Positions 25,201 through 40,200 of a stretch of 64,000 nucleotides of DNA are shown here, one piece after another. The notes under the pieces are model-generated. The model did no database searches, was not told the origin of the DNA, and was given only the letters and a program-made list of their open reading frames with translations. This DNA is from Albugo candida. Lineage: Eukaryota. Where the stretch lies: contig JBDOQK010000008.1 in assembly GCA_040437565.1 (NCBI GenBank), forward strand, positions 310,001 through 374,000, written 5' to 3'. Positions within the stretch are counted from its first letter, which is position 1, and each line of letters opens with the position of its first letter. Made by a program: the position numbers and the translations under genes.

Positions 25201-28200
25201 TATTTTGTCGTTTCAACAACAACAGCACAATCGCCGTGCGAATTGACAAAGGACATGTTGCGTGTATGATGCCGGATCTCCCTAACTCTACATTCACAGT
25301 GAATTTAGCACTTTTTGTTACCAATGAAGTGATGACTCCAGGAATTAGATTCCAATGTGTCGATCCACCTCGACTTCTGCAGGTACTTCCAACAATGGGG
25401 GTTATGAACGAATGGGGTATTAGATTCAATCTCTCGATAAGCATACCAACAAAGAGCTTCTTATCTCTTGACATCAGATTGTCATGCTGCATTTCATTTG
25501 ATAGAAAGCATTTTTGTCAACATGCCAGCGTTATCAAGATTGATGGTGACATAAGGCTACTAGAATGTTTATACAACAAGTTATATATTGAAGCGTTGTC
25601 GGAACCATTGCAAGCAAGAATAGCCATCGCGTTTGGATCTGATGAGAAAAGTGGTTTCATTTACTCAAATGAGCTTTTCGTCCTACTTTACCCACATATT
25701 ATGATCAATTCTGCGTTCCCTATGCAGTTGTTACTTCGAAGAGAATCGCATCCGTCAAAAATCAATGTGATCGGTTTAAACTTCGCAGGCGGATGTCATA
25801 TTGTGTGTAATCTTCAGCTGCAGGGCCAGCGATTTACTTACAACTATACTCTAAGCGCAATCCGTAAATCTGGGTCTCTTGTGCAATGCCTTTTTCCAAA
25901 CAGATCAATACTATCGACTTCGATGATGGATGCAAATCATTTGGTCGGGCGTCTTTCTATATATTTTGAAAACGTGGGATCATTCTTGGTTCCTTACAAC
26001 TTGACATTTTTACAGGAGCCTCAAATTTCTCGCTTGATGGTAACGTCAGAAAAATCTTTGGGACAGCGGAGATCATCACCTGAAATGTTTTTTTTTGGAA
26101 GATATTTCACCACTGCACTAAACTTGTCTTGTCATTACAAATTGGAATCGGCAATATTCTACGAGAAGGTTCACATCACTAATTCATCGACGATGATATG
26201 CAATTGTCCAGCATGGATCTATCACGCAGTGCATAAATTGAACCATAGCATCTCCTTAGAGCTTCATACAGCACTACAACCGTCGATGGTCTGGTCATCA
26301 ATATATGACTTTAATAATCAGCGCAATTTCATCACACCGTTACAGAGTAAGCTGCTTTTGAGTACAGAAAATTTTTGGTACATTGAACCGACAAAGGGCG
26401 ATTTAAGTGGGGGTACAGGAATTCAAGTTCAGGGGGCTGTGTTGCTGAATGCTCGCACAAGAAAAGAATCAATCATGTGCTGTTTTAACGCTCGCCTATG
26501 CACTCCATTAGTGTATATGATACCTCCTAAGAATGCCTGGTATTGCACGTCTCCTCCACATGCCGCATTAAACTCAGAAGACCTGGAGGTATCGATTGTA
26601 CTTAGAACGAAATCACGGAATTTGTTGGTGTCGGAAGAAGCAGTTTCATTCTACTATCGGCCTCTTCCAATTATTCGAAATGTTTATCCTCTTCGCGTCC
26701 TTGAATTCCCTCAAAATTTGTACATCATTGCGGAAAATTTCTACGACTATGCCGATGATCCGACCATTTCTTTCGAATGCTTGTTCGGTAACAGACATCT
26801 CAGGAAAGCGCTTTTCAAAGGGAGCAATGAGCTTCAGTGTGAAATACCTCGTTTGGATGGGAACAGAAGTGCGTCTAGCGATACGTTTCGATCTCACGCT
26901 AGTATAATAATGACAACATACGATATGTACTCAGAGAAATTCACGAGAAACATGCTAGAACCGCACACGATCCACATTACTTATGTTCGAGTACCTGATT
27001 TAGTCCGCGTGCATTCTGTCCGTGCAAAACGCTCATACGCTACTATTTCAAATCATTTTGCTACTTATTACGAGCTTGCAGTGGTGCTACTTGTCACATC
27101 ATTATATCCAAGTTCACTATCGTGCTGCCGTATAGCACTTGGTCCGATGTACATGAGCTCTTGGAATTTGACGATTGCTGATAATACACGGATCATGTGT
27201 CACTTCACACTTTTAAAAGAACAATATGCTTCTGGTGTCTCAATCAGTATCTCCTCCGACGGCATTAGCTTTTCCAATATAATCAAGGTCCCTTCGCCAG
27301 GCCAGAATATTACTGAATCCATCCCATCTGTATCTCGACTTCATCCATATTTTGGAATAATTGGGCAAAGCTCAAATGTTTGGATAATCTTGGAATCTAC
27401 AATAGAGTATGAAACAGCTCCGTTAGAATGCGTGATCGAGTACGACAAGAACGAGTTTATATCAAAAGTACTCTCACAAAACAATTCACATGTCGAGTGT
27501 TTACTACCCGTTTTTGACGACGGAGATAGCTTCGAGTCGATGACCAGAGAATTAGACGTTTCCTTGGCGGTGAAGGCGTATGTAGAAGATCATTCATACT
27601 GGAGACTACAAAGCAATCACTTCACGTTCAGATTGATACGTCAAGCAAAGTTGAGCCTGGGTTCTAATCGTGTGTTTGAAACGAAGGAATTAAGTATCCA
27701 GCTTACTGCCAGCGAAATCTATCCCTCGCATCTCGCACAATGTCAGCTTCGACAGCAGGAAAGCATCAAAAACTACATGGCTAGAGTAAACTTGATATCA
27801 AATACACAAGTGGACTGCATATTTTACGGGCACGTTCCATCGGAATCATACGTTGTATTGTTTTCCACAAACGGTTATCACTACGAAGAACTAGATACTC
27901 CTTTTTTTATTCAGAAGCCACCCATTATCAATCAAGTGTATCCTGCCACTGGCAGTGTGACCGGAAAATATGATATCTATATACACGGAAAGCATATAAC
28001 TGAGGACATCAACTTATGCTTTGACGATCAAGTCGTACTGCCTTCAACGAATTATGGTCAAAAGAGCGCCAAGTATTCTGTACCAGCGACATTTTATGCC
28101 AAAGCTATTTCGTTATTTGCTACGATTGCACCGAGCTGCAAAACATACCCTCTCGATTCTTCAGTTAGTGTCAAACTGAATCAAACATTCAAGTATTTGT

Positions 28201-31200
28201 CGAAACCAGTGATTTTAAGTACATTTCCAACGATGCTTACGGCAGTCAATCGACATTTTAATGACTATTTGGAGATAAGAGGACGAAATCTTGACAGCGT
28301 GCCTTCCATTTTATGCAAGTTTGAAGTCACAAATGATCTCCTTCTGAGTGAAAGCACTGAAACACTTTGGCAAAGCCCGACGAACGCAAGATGCCGATTA
28401 CCAAATTGGTCTTCTATTAATCGATCACTTACTATCCGAGTTACGTTTATCGATCACGCAATGCCGTCCAATACAAGTATAGGCTTCTCATTCCTGCAAG
28501 TGTTGCCTGCGTCGTACATCGAGCAGATTTACCCGCTTGCAGTCCCTATTTTGACTAATTCTTGGTTACCTTCTCAATCTTTTCGACTGAAAGGAAACTT
28601 CTCACTTGGTAATCAGCAAACAGTATGCCAGGCTTCGTGCAATAATCGGAGTAAAAGCTTGCCGGCGTTGAATCACATAGTTGGCAAAGTCACTGCATTT
28701 GAAAAACATTTTGTTGAATGCTCTCTTACTTTTTCTGAAGTGCCAGCAACATGTGATGTCACACTGTGGACAGCCGAAGGTAGCAGATTATCAAGTAATA
28801 GTGCCCGAGTTATTAATGCTTCGCCGATTGAGTTGAAAAAAGTCTTTCCTGCAAATTTTTTTAACAATGGTGAAGCACTTCTCAACATTCATGGATCGGG
28901 GTTTAATGTCGACTCTCAAATCCCTCTATATTGCTTTTTTGGGCACACTCATTTCTCAAGAGTCATTGTGTATTCTGATGAAGTATTGACCTGCAATGTC
29001 CCCATGCGTTTGCTAAATGAGCATGATTTTGATGGTGGAATTGATATGGATATGCATGTATCAACAATTGATTTCTCGCTCACTTCGAAAGTACAACATT
29101 TTACGCTTGGAAAGGCACTCAGGTTAGTATCTGTACATCCAAAAGCTGGCTTTTTCGGACAAGAAATCCTACTTCATATTCGACTGTCAAAAGCTTTGGT
29201 GAGTTTGGAGATGAAATGCATTTTCACGTCCTTGCAGAGGCATGAAAGCGCAGTTGCGTATCTAGGAATTGAGAAAATGGTAGTGCATTGCTCAGTCCCA
29301 AGGGGACTTCCGGTTGATGAGTATAATGTTGGAATTGCGGCACCTAAACTCGGCAGAATTCAAAATTCGACCTTATTTTATACAATTCTGGATAGACCAA
29401 TTCTGATCTCAATTTCTCCACCTAAAGGTTTCGTCAAGTCAGATAAAGGTGCAAAGAAACACTTAATGACCTTGCAAGGATCGAAATTTGCAAACTCAAT
29501 TCACCTTAGTTGCAAATTTTATCCGAAAGATGATATGGGATCTCAAGGCTTTGAAAAGAAATATGAGAATACACCGATGCACGTACTAAGTCCATCGCTT
29601 GCCCAGTGCCACATTCCATCTCATTTAGAGATCGGCCAATACATCGTGCGTGTGGTGGCGAATAATGCAATGGAAACAGCTCCTCACGCAATTACGTATG
29701 CTGAGAGACTGAAAATTTACGAAGCTCTCTCACCTATGTCAGCCTATGATATAACTTCTCTGAGAGGTTTTGAATTTGGAGGAACAATCATACGTGCTCA
29801 CGGCGTATTCTCTACCCAGTCTAATGGTGCTTTGGAGTGTGTTTTTGGTAACAGAGGTGTCTTAGCTTCCATCAAAAATAACTCTTATATGGAATGTGTG
29901 TCACCTCCAATGCAAGTTTCAAGAATACCATTCATGATACGGATATACGCAAATGCAGTGGCGCTTGCCAATATCATAGGCCCCAAAGCTGAATTCCAGT
30001 ATTTGAAAGCACCAACAGTAGAAAGAATTGCTCCCTTGCTTATCACCAGAAGTAATCGCAATGTGAGCATCATCTTGTACGGTGAAGCATTGAGTGTCAA
30101 TGACTTAGATGGCTGTTTGGTCGGAGGAGTATTTTATCCCTTGGAAGAAATCAGTACTGGTCGACTCGAAGTTCAGATAAATGTGTCAAATATCGGCTCT
30201 TATTCTGTTGTACTGGTCATCGCTAACAACATTAATCCCTTACTAGACACACTCCAGCACATTCAAGTTGTTCCCCAAATCATTCCAGTTTACATGACAC
30301 CAGATCGATTCAACGAACGTGGAGGACTACAGGTACTGATTTCAGCAATTCAAATCTCAAAGTTTGCAATCTCAATTCATTGTCGTTTCGGAAATGTAAC
30401 TGTGGAAGCATTATGGGCCTCTCAGTCACAGGTTTTGTGCACTACACCCTCGCACCAGCCTGGCTCAATCAAAGTATCCCTTAGCCAAGATGGTGAGATC
30501 ACGTGGTCTAGTGTAGATCTATATGGAGAAGTGTATCGAGCAGCAACACTTCTAGACGTTTGGCCAAATTCGACCACACTCAGAGGTGGCACCTTACTAT
30601 CAATCAGTGGTATAGGATTTCACGAAACAACACCACGATCAAATTTTCGCTGCCTTTTTTATTACAAAAATATTGTTCCGCTCGAAGCTGATGCGATATA
30701 TCTCACGCAGAACATGGTTCGATGTCGAGTTCCAGAATTGTTTGCGCCCGTGCATAGAGACATGGTTGAAGCACAGACACTCGTTATGGAATTGAAACTA
30801 TCATTGAATACTTATGAACTGGCAACGAATAGCTTGGTAATCGAAGTGCATCACGCGCCAGTATCTCTATGTCTTCTACACATTTCTTATGGTCAAAATC
30901 AAGGAAGCTCTTCTCTAGAAGTGTTCATTTCTGGTCGGTATTTTCTGAAGGATCTACACAGCGAATTGGAATGCCGATTTATGAACGTCCGTGCATCCGG
31001 CTACATTGATGTCACAAATAGTACCCATTTAAAGTGCACCCTCCTTGATCAAAGCTTATTCGATCGACCGATGCATGGCCCTAATTATGTCGCGATATAT
31101 CACAATGACAATCTCTTACTCAAAGAAAGTTTAGGTGACTCAAATTTCCTGCGCCCTATTCAAATATATGGAACTTCTCTCATCAATGGCAAGATTAGTC

Positions 31201-34200
31201 GAGCGCAGGCCCATACATCAAGCTCTTTTTATGTATATGGTTCCGGTTTCCAGCATGAACTGCAAATCAGCTGCGTCTTCATATCGCTTCAGGAAGCTAG
31301 TGTATCTGCGCGTTTTCTATCCCATTCGACATCAATATGCAATTTTCCGTACAGCTCACCAGGATTATATACATTGAAAATTGTTTGCGACAGGACACGA
31401 ACGGTGTTGGCTTCTTTCCCCATCCAATACTTGCAGGCTCCAATGTTTCCCAACTTATTACCGCTTACCCAAATTGACGAGGATGAAACGGAGCTACACC
31501 TTTACGGAAAGCATTTTGATGAGCACGACTGTACAAAATGTATATTCGGAAGAAATGACACCAACGTGCCTTTATCTGTACCGACAAAATTTATCTCATC
31601 GATTGAGCTTTCTTGTAGAGTACCACTTCATGATACGGCTTGGAAGTTTGACCTACTAGCGAGCAATAACTTTTGGGCAAAGTCTTCGCATCAGCGTACC
31701 TTGGCCCTATTCAGACTGTGCAAAAATTTGAAAGCAGTTCCTTCTTTGGGTGCAGTCGGCCGGGTACAGGACATCCATTTAGAGTGTCTGAATGATGATG
31801 ATAGTATTGACTTCTTGCATCAAATCAAGATACATCTCTACCTTACTTCCAAGACAAAAAAACACGCCAGAGATGATGCAAGAACCATCATCGATANNNN
31901 NNNNNNNNNNNNNNNNNNNNNNNNNNNNNNNNNNNNNNNNNNNNNNNNNNNNNNNNNNNNNNNNNNNNNNNNNNNNNNNNNNNNNNNNNNNNNNNNTTTG
32001 CGACAGGACACGAACGGTGTTGGCTTCTTTCCCCATCCAATACTTGCAGGCTCCAATGTTTCACAACTTATTACCGCTTACCCAAACTGACGAGGATGAA
32101 ACGGAGCTACACCTTTACGGAAAGCACTTTGATGAGCACGACTGTACAAAATGTATATTCGGGAGAAATGACACCAACGTGTCTTTATCTGTACCGACAA
32201 AATTTATCTCATCGATTGAGCTTTCTTGTAGAGCACCACTTCATGATACGGCTTGGAAGTTTGACCTACTAGCGAGCAATAACTTTTGGGCAAAGTCTTC
32301 GCATCAGCGGACCTTAAACCTATTCAGACTGTGCAAGAATTTGAAAGCAGTTCCTTCTTTGGGTGCAGTCGGCCGGGTACAGGACATCCATTTAGAGTGT
32401 CTGAATGATGATGATAGTATTGACTTCTTGCACCAAATCAAGGTACATCTCTACCTTACTTCCAAGACAAAAAAACACGCCAGAGATGATGCAAGAACCA
32501 TCATCGATATGCCTGCAGTCATCGAAAAACCTGGAAAGTACCAAATATATGTCAGTGCTCCAGGATACAAGAAACACTTTTATCGAACAAAGCTGGAATT
32601 TATCGCCCACAAATCAGTCGAAATATCTCATATAAAAATGCTTCCAAGAATAGCGGGTCAGCAATTTGTCGTGGAAGTCTACGGATACAATTTCGCTCCA
32701 TGGATGGGAATTATATGTGAACTTAAAGCTACGAAGACAATCATGACACCACAAAGGATTGAATCAACGCAGTCCGAAGCGATACTAATCGACCACAGTA
32801 AATTAGTCTGTAAGTTTTCACCATATCAAATTTCAAGTCTCAAAGCGGAAATTGCCACGATCGAGCTACTTCCTATGTCAATATTTAGCGATCAACCATC
32901 CATCGATGTCACGCTCATGGATCGTACTGAGGTATCATCAATCCAACCAAATAGCGGATCTTTGGTTGGTGGAACTATCGTAGATGTTATAGGTAGAGGT
33001 TTTTTCTATTCAAGTGATTTTTGGTGTCAATTCGGTACTTTCAAGGCTCTAGCAACTTTTGTTAACAGGACACTTCTTCGGTGCAGGTCTCCTTCATATT
33101 CACCAGCACAACCAGTCATGAATGCAGTGAGTGTTCATTTTGACTTATACCAATTGGATAAGAGAGTTCCCAAGTCTTTACAGTTCACATACACCGTTGT
33201 AATTGAGATTCGACAACTCGGGTATGAGCGGAAACGGGGTAATTTTGGGCAATCTAATCGAGCCTTACCTGGATCGAAGCTTTGGCTAAAAGTTTACACA
33301 TTGAATCAGCTATTATTTCCGCTGTTCTGTCACTTTTTGACTACCAAAATCAATGATACGCTTTCATATCGTTCGCCTGCGGCTTTCCGACAAACCAACA
33401 CACTCGAGTGCACAATTCCGAATCAACTTCCTGCTGGTACGAACTTCGTACAAATAGTGCACCTAACGAGTGAGATCACTTCGAACAGAATGCTTTTCCA
33501 GAGCTATACGAATATCACGATCAGCACAATTTCTCCAATGATTGGACCAGCAATCGGTGGTTATAATGTTTCTTTATATGGTGATGGATTCCCACCGAAG
33601 AAAGTTTCATGTCGTTTCTTGATGAGTGAATCTAAGTTTTTCGATTCAGCTGGAGAAGTTTTGTCTCGAACGCTGCTTTTCTGCATGGTACCTACGATGC
33701 TTGGCATTGATGCAGTTACAAATGTTGCTCGTCTATCTCTATTATTGTCATTCACCGACCCCGTGACATTAGATGACCTTGGTGAAGTATATTATTACAA
33801 TACAGGGGCGCACTTTTTCGTGAATACCCCGACACTTTACGAGGTAGACCCACAAGTGATATGGTTCCCAAGAAAAACCATCTCCTTTTCAATTTTTGGC
33901 TATCAAATTCCGTTTTCTCCAGCACTCACGTGCTTGTTCTCGGTATTTTCTGATGATCGTTCTTACAGAAGCATCGAGGCGCTTTACAAGTCTGAAAACG
34001 AAGTGGTGTGCCTCTTGTACCCTTCTACAGCACTTGATCTTATGATATCACCCTCAAGGTCTACAATGTTATCAATTGATCTTGAGATAAGAGGGATCTC
34101 ACTAAGAAAACGTGGAGAGCTCACGATCTGGATAGCAGCAATTCCGGAGCGAATCACATCGATCACCCCGTCATTTGGATCCATAGCCGGTGGCGACATG

Positions 34201-37200
34201 TTGACAATCTCTGGAAACTTCAGCACGGTCAGTAGTTTGCCACGCGATGTTACCAGTTCCCTGACCTGCGTCTTCGATGCCACTTACTTCTCACAAGTTG
34301 TGGTCCTTGAAGACACAGAAATAAAGTGTGCTTCACTAGCAACCGATCGAGCAAGAATGAGCTCTATAGCGATTTTTCTGAAAGGTAATGACCTAATTGA
34401 TATAGGAAAGCATTTCCACTACGTCAGTGATCCGACTTTCAGTCATATCAGTCCCAGCAGATTACCGCAGGAAACTCGAAACGATAACGCGAGATTATAT
34501 TTACACGGGAAATATTTGCATATCTGGAAAAATGAAAGAGTTTCGTGCATTTTCGTGCACCAAGAATTAGAAGTGCATTATATTAGCGACGCATTCATCA
34601 AGCAAGATAACAACATTCAGTGCATTCATCTCCCTGTTTTTAAAAAAGTAGGATTTTTCCATGTAAAGCTTCAGCTATCAGATTACAATACTTGGGTTGC
34701 TTCCAATCAATCTGTCGAGGTGATGCCCAATCCAGTGGTCAACAATCTACACCCACAAACTGATACAATCTTTGGTGGAACCCGCGTTGTGATCTCTGGC
34801 CATAGCTTCTTCCACGAACCCTCGTTGCGATGTCTGTTCGGAGACGAATATGTTACAGCTTCAATGCTTTCGAAAAACGCAATTGTCTGTGTGGCTCCTT
34901 CGTCCTCTGCGAAAGTAGTGAATGTATCCCTCGTCTATTCAAAGAATGGTGACATAAACTATAGCACATCATTGCTTCGATTTACTTATGTCAAGCTCCC
35001 AGAGTTGAGCTCTTATAAATTCAACGCGGATGGAAGTAAATTGATTCTTTGCACGAAGCTACCAGCACCAGCTTTATACTTGAAATTTGTGTCAGAGGAC
35101 TTTGCAAATAGTGGCTCGGAAAATAGAGGCATCGATACAACTATAACTAACGCGTCATGTCGGGAGGCTTTAATACCATACAATGCTCTTGCTAGAATGT
35201 CAATAGTGAGGATTCTGATTTCTGTGAATGAAGTCAAGTACTTTGAATCCAGTGCAGAATTACCCATTGCAAACTCTCTACACATCACTCATATTGCGCC
35301 ATTATTTGGTTCATTCCAAGAAAATGTTTTAGTTCACTGGTACGGACATCGTATCGTGATGACAGCGGGAATTGGAACAGGAAATTTACTGTGNNNNNNN
35401 NNNNNNNNNNNNNNNNNNNNNNNNNNNNNNNNNNNNNNNNNNNNNNNNNNNNNNNNNNNNNNNNNNNNNNNNNNNNNNNNNNNNNNNNNNNNNAAATGAA
35501 AGAGTTTCGTGCATTTTCGTGCACCAAGAATTAGAAGTGCATTATATTAGCGACGCATTCATCAAGCAAGATAACAGAATTCAGTGCATTCATCTCCCTG
35601 TTTTTAAGAAAGTAGGATTTTATCATGTGAAGCTTCAGCTGTCAGATCGCAATATTTGGGTTGCTTCCAATCAATCTGTCGAGGTGATGCCCAATCCAGT
35701 GGTCAACAATCTACACCCACAAACTGATACAATCTTTGGTGGAACCCGCGTTGTGATTTCTGGTCATAGCTTCTTCTACGAACCCTCGTTGCGATGTCTG
35801 TTCGGAGACGAATATGTTATAGCTTCAATGCTTTCGAAAAGCGCAATCGTCTGTGTGGCTCCTTCGTCCTCTGCGAAAGTAGTGAATGTATCCCTCGTCT
35901 ATTCAAAGAATGGTGACATAAACTATGGCACATCGTTGCTTCGATTTACTTATGTCAAGCTCCCAGAGTTGAGTTCTTATAAATTCAACGCGGATGGAAG
36001 TAAATTGATTCTTTGCACGAAGCTACCAACACCAGCTTTATACTTGAAATTTGTGTCAGAGGACTTTGCAAATAGTGGCTCGGAAAATAGAAGCATCGAT
36101 ACAACTATAACTAACGCGTCATGTCGGGCGGCTTTAATACCATACAATGCTCTTGCTAGAATGTCAAGAGTGAGGATTCTGATTTCTGTGAATGAAGTCA
36201 AGTACTTTGAATCCGGTGCAGAATTACCCATTGTAAACTCCCTACACATCACTCATATTGCGCCGTTAATTGGTTCATTCCAAGAAAATGATTTAGTTCA
36301 CTGGTACGGACATCGTATCGTGATGACAGCGGGAATTGGAACAGGAAATTTACTGTGCCTTTTTCAGAAGGATGGCAACACTGTTACTTGTCCAATCACT
36401 ATTGTATCCGACAGTGAGCTTGTATGCCCTGTTCCCTATAAATTACATGGAGGCGTGTGGAAACTGCAGATCGCACCGGATGATGGCTCGAATCGCACAT
36501 ACACACGCCAGTATGATTTCAAGATTGTTGGGCCAATGGAAATTGCTAACATGAGCTCAAGTAAAGGTTATAGCAATGGTGGTACCGTTATCACTATCGT
36601 GGGTAAGGGATTTGTTAGCCATCCTTCATTGTCTTGTCAGTTTGGTAGCACATACTCACGTCCCGCGATATTTATCAATCCCACAATGGTCCGATGTAAG
36701 ACTCCTCACATTCGTCTAGCACTGCCGTCTCAAAAGGACGCGTATGCTGCGCAGCACCCAACTAGTGCCCTAGTTCGACCGTGTAGTGTAAAAATCACGT
36801 TACAATCTGTTCAAACAAAATCGCACGAATTTCAATATACCCGTACTCCAAGCGTGCACAAAGTCACTCCAAATGCTGTAGTATTCAGTAAAAAACTTAT
36901 ACGACTTCATGTCTACGGATTTTTCTTGTCAAAGGAAACTTACTGTCATTTTGGTTTGCAAAGCCCCGTCATTGCTCAGTATGTTACGAATGAAGAAATA
37001 GTCTGTACCGTGCAGATCCCGCCGTCTCTGACTGCCATGGCCTCTTCTGAAGCGCTACTGGAACTATCCGTGAACGGAGTAGATCGTGTTTCTGCAGGAG
37101 CGGTACGATTAATCACTCAACCACTTAGTGTGCACAAAGTGTATCCGGAATCACTGATACCAATAATTACTCGGTTTATTAGGCTGAAAATCAGCTCCGT

Positions 37201-40200
37201 ACAGCTTAACTACTTCCATTCCATAAAAACTCAGCTCATATGTTATTATGAAGAAAGCAATTTTACTGTGATCAGCACATGGACTAGTGAATTCGAAATT
37301 GTGTGTGCTGTTCCTGAAGCGCTCAAATATACTCGTTTGAAGACCGCACAATATTTAGCTTTGGATTTGCGATTAAACGAATCTTCCGTTCTTGAGAGAC
37401 CAGTCTCGGTTGATGTACTTCCATTGATGGATATTCTTGATTACTTTTATATCGAGTCGCACAATTTTTCGGAGTACCCCATCATTGGATTGCCAGATCG
37501 TTACGTCATGTTACTTGGAAGGAATTTTGTCCCAATGACTTCGGTAGTATGCCGCTTTGGAGAGCAGAAAGCGGCTGGCCTGATGCTTTCTCGTAATCGA
37601 ATGAGATGTTCTCTGCCGGACATGCAAACATGTTCTGATTCTTTTCTATCGATATCATACAATGATGGGGCCGATTTTATCTCGGTTGGTCACTTGACCT
37701 TTGTCGACAAAATATCTGTACACGAAACCTATCCACGCTTGGGCTCGTCTAGTGGAGGAACTCCCGTGAGAATTTTCGGAAGACACTTCATGATCAATGA
37801 AACTATGACTTGTGTGTTTGGAATGCGCCAAAGTCCGGAAAAAGCGAAAATTATATCAAATACTGAAATTATGTGTGTTTCCCCAATGTCGCCATCGGAC
37901 GATCTGGTCGACATTACTTTACAATTGACCAGTCGACGAATATCTGTGCAGCTTGAAAAGGCATTTCAGTATCACAGTCCTATCCTCATCTACTCGTATC
38001 AACCAAATGAGATATTGTTATCCAAGGACGACCTTGTAATCGAGCTTCGTGGGGCTAATTTTCTGCATTCGTCTTCCCTCCAGTGTCAATTCTCCGTCGA
38101 AAATGCAAGTTTTTCTCAAATTATCCATGCCGTGTGGCACTCTTCCACGCGAATCCAGTGTGTTGTGCCATCGCACGTCCTATCCCGTGCATCATCCTTA
38201 TTTATTCACACCAAAATGCATCATGTGCGCGTGGTAGCATGTATTGGCGTGTCGAACAACAAGGTTGATTTTGTACGATCGTTGCGAGATGTCCGGTCTT
38301 CCGAAGAAATACAGCTTCTTATCTTTCATCCACCAGACATCAGGAGAATTCATCCAGCATTCGGTCCTTCGAATGGTGGTACCCCGGTCATGTTAGAGAG
38401 TCAGCATATATCACGATTTTCACAAATATGGTGTCTTTTTGGGTCTGAAGTAGCGATGGAAATGACTGTGAGGGCAATTTTCATCTCCGCTCATGCTATA
38501 ATTTGTCGCTCTCCATTCTTATTAGCGAACAGAGAATTTTCGGCTCCTTTAAAAATCTCAATTGATAGAGAGCATTTCTCTGAGACGGCATATAGATTTG
38601 TGTACGTGCCTATTCCTGAAATTCAAAAGATTCATCCTTTAGAAGGTGATGTGAGAGGATCCACATCCATCGATGTGCATGGCAAACATTTCATGCCCGA
38701 CGATAATAGATCATTGGAAGCGTGGTGTCGATTTGGAGACAGAAAAACACGCGCCATAGCACGATCAAATCGAATTATATCATGTTCCTCTCCACAATCA
38801 GACTCAGCAAAAATTGTAAAATTCGACATCTCCATCAATGGTGTCGATTTTACGAAAAGCGGAAAGCATTATGAATATGTCCGTGTTCCAAGGATTTTAT
38901 ATATGCATCCTTCCATGGGACCGACAGTGGGAAACACTATTCTGACGTTATCTGGGTATGATTTTCACGGTGTTGGTTCAGTGAACGCTAAATGCTGCTT
39001 TCGTGATAAAATGTACTGTTCACAAGCTTTGGTGCACAACTCCACAAGGATCACATGTGTCTCCCCAATGATGTCCTCGCAGATATCCGCAGGTCATCGC
39101 GTGATGGTCTACCTCTCGCTAAATGGTCAAGACTTCCATTCGGTACCACATCCTTTTGTTTATTATGTTCGTCCGTTGTTACTCTCTTTAGAAAAAACGA
39201 GATTTGGTATGAGCTCCGAAAATAGTCAAATTTTGATATTGGGCCGAGGATTCTTTCGATCAAATTGGCTATTGTGCAGAGTCACCCTAAGTGAAAGTGA
39301 AAAAACTTGGGGAGATGTACGTTCAGTCATTGTTGATGACATGAAGGCCAATTATGTTAACAGCAGTGCCGTGCGCTGTCCAATGCCTCATTTACCGCCA
39401 CGATATTTTGGAAATCTCCATGGAACGGTTGACATATCGCAGAATGGTGTCGATTTTACATCCTTCTTGCTGAACTTTGCGTATTTGACCGCTCCAACAA
39501 TAGAAACAGTAAAGCCGAATCTCATCAGCAGTATGGGAAAGACTACCTTGAACATCACGTACTCTCATATTGGAAAACCGTTGGACATCGATTTGGCCTG
39601 TAATTTCGTATTCAATCAAGCACATTTCATCAGCACTGCTGCAAGACTTCTTACAGACACAATTATCACTTGTAACGCTCCCGCATTTGATTTCAGTGGC
39701 ATAGCGTCTGACTCCAATAATTCTTTTGACGCGGAGCTTTCAATCGAGTCGCAAGGGTTAAATTCAAATTTTCTGCTTATCGAAGTATTCCGAGTATCTA
39801 CTTTGATATCTCTTAGCCCGCATCGAGTGTTTTCTGGTGTTGGAACATTTTTGAATGTGTATGGTATTAGCTTCCCTCGATTATCTGCAATGAAATGCTG
39901 TTTTGATGATGGGAACTATCCCGTGACTAAGCAAAGATGTAGTGGCGCCAAGTACGTCAGTAGTTCAGAGGTACGATGCCTCATCCCTCCAGGTTTGGAA
40001 TCTCATAGCGGCAAACTAAGCACCAGCATTCAACACGGAACACAGAAGATAAGTGAGAACGAACTTGATCTTTATGTCGATGCCAATGTCGTCATAACGC
40101 ATTTAAGTCCGGATTCTGGCTCTGATCTTGGTGGAACAATGATCTATGTCAGCGGGCATAACTTCAGTTTTACGCCACATATATTTTGTTGTTTCGGAGA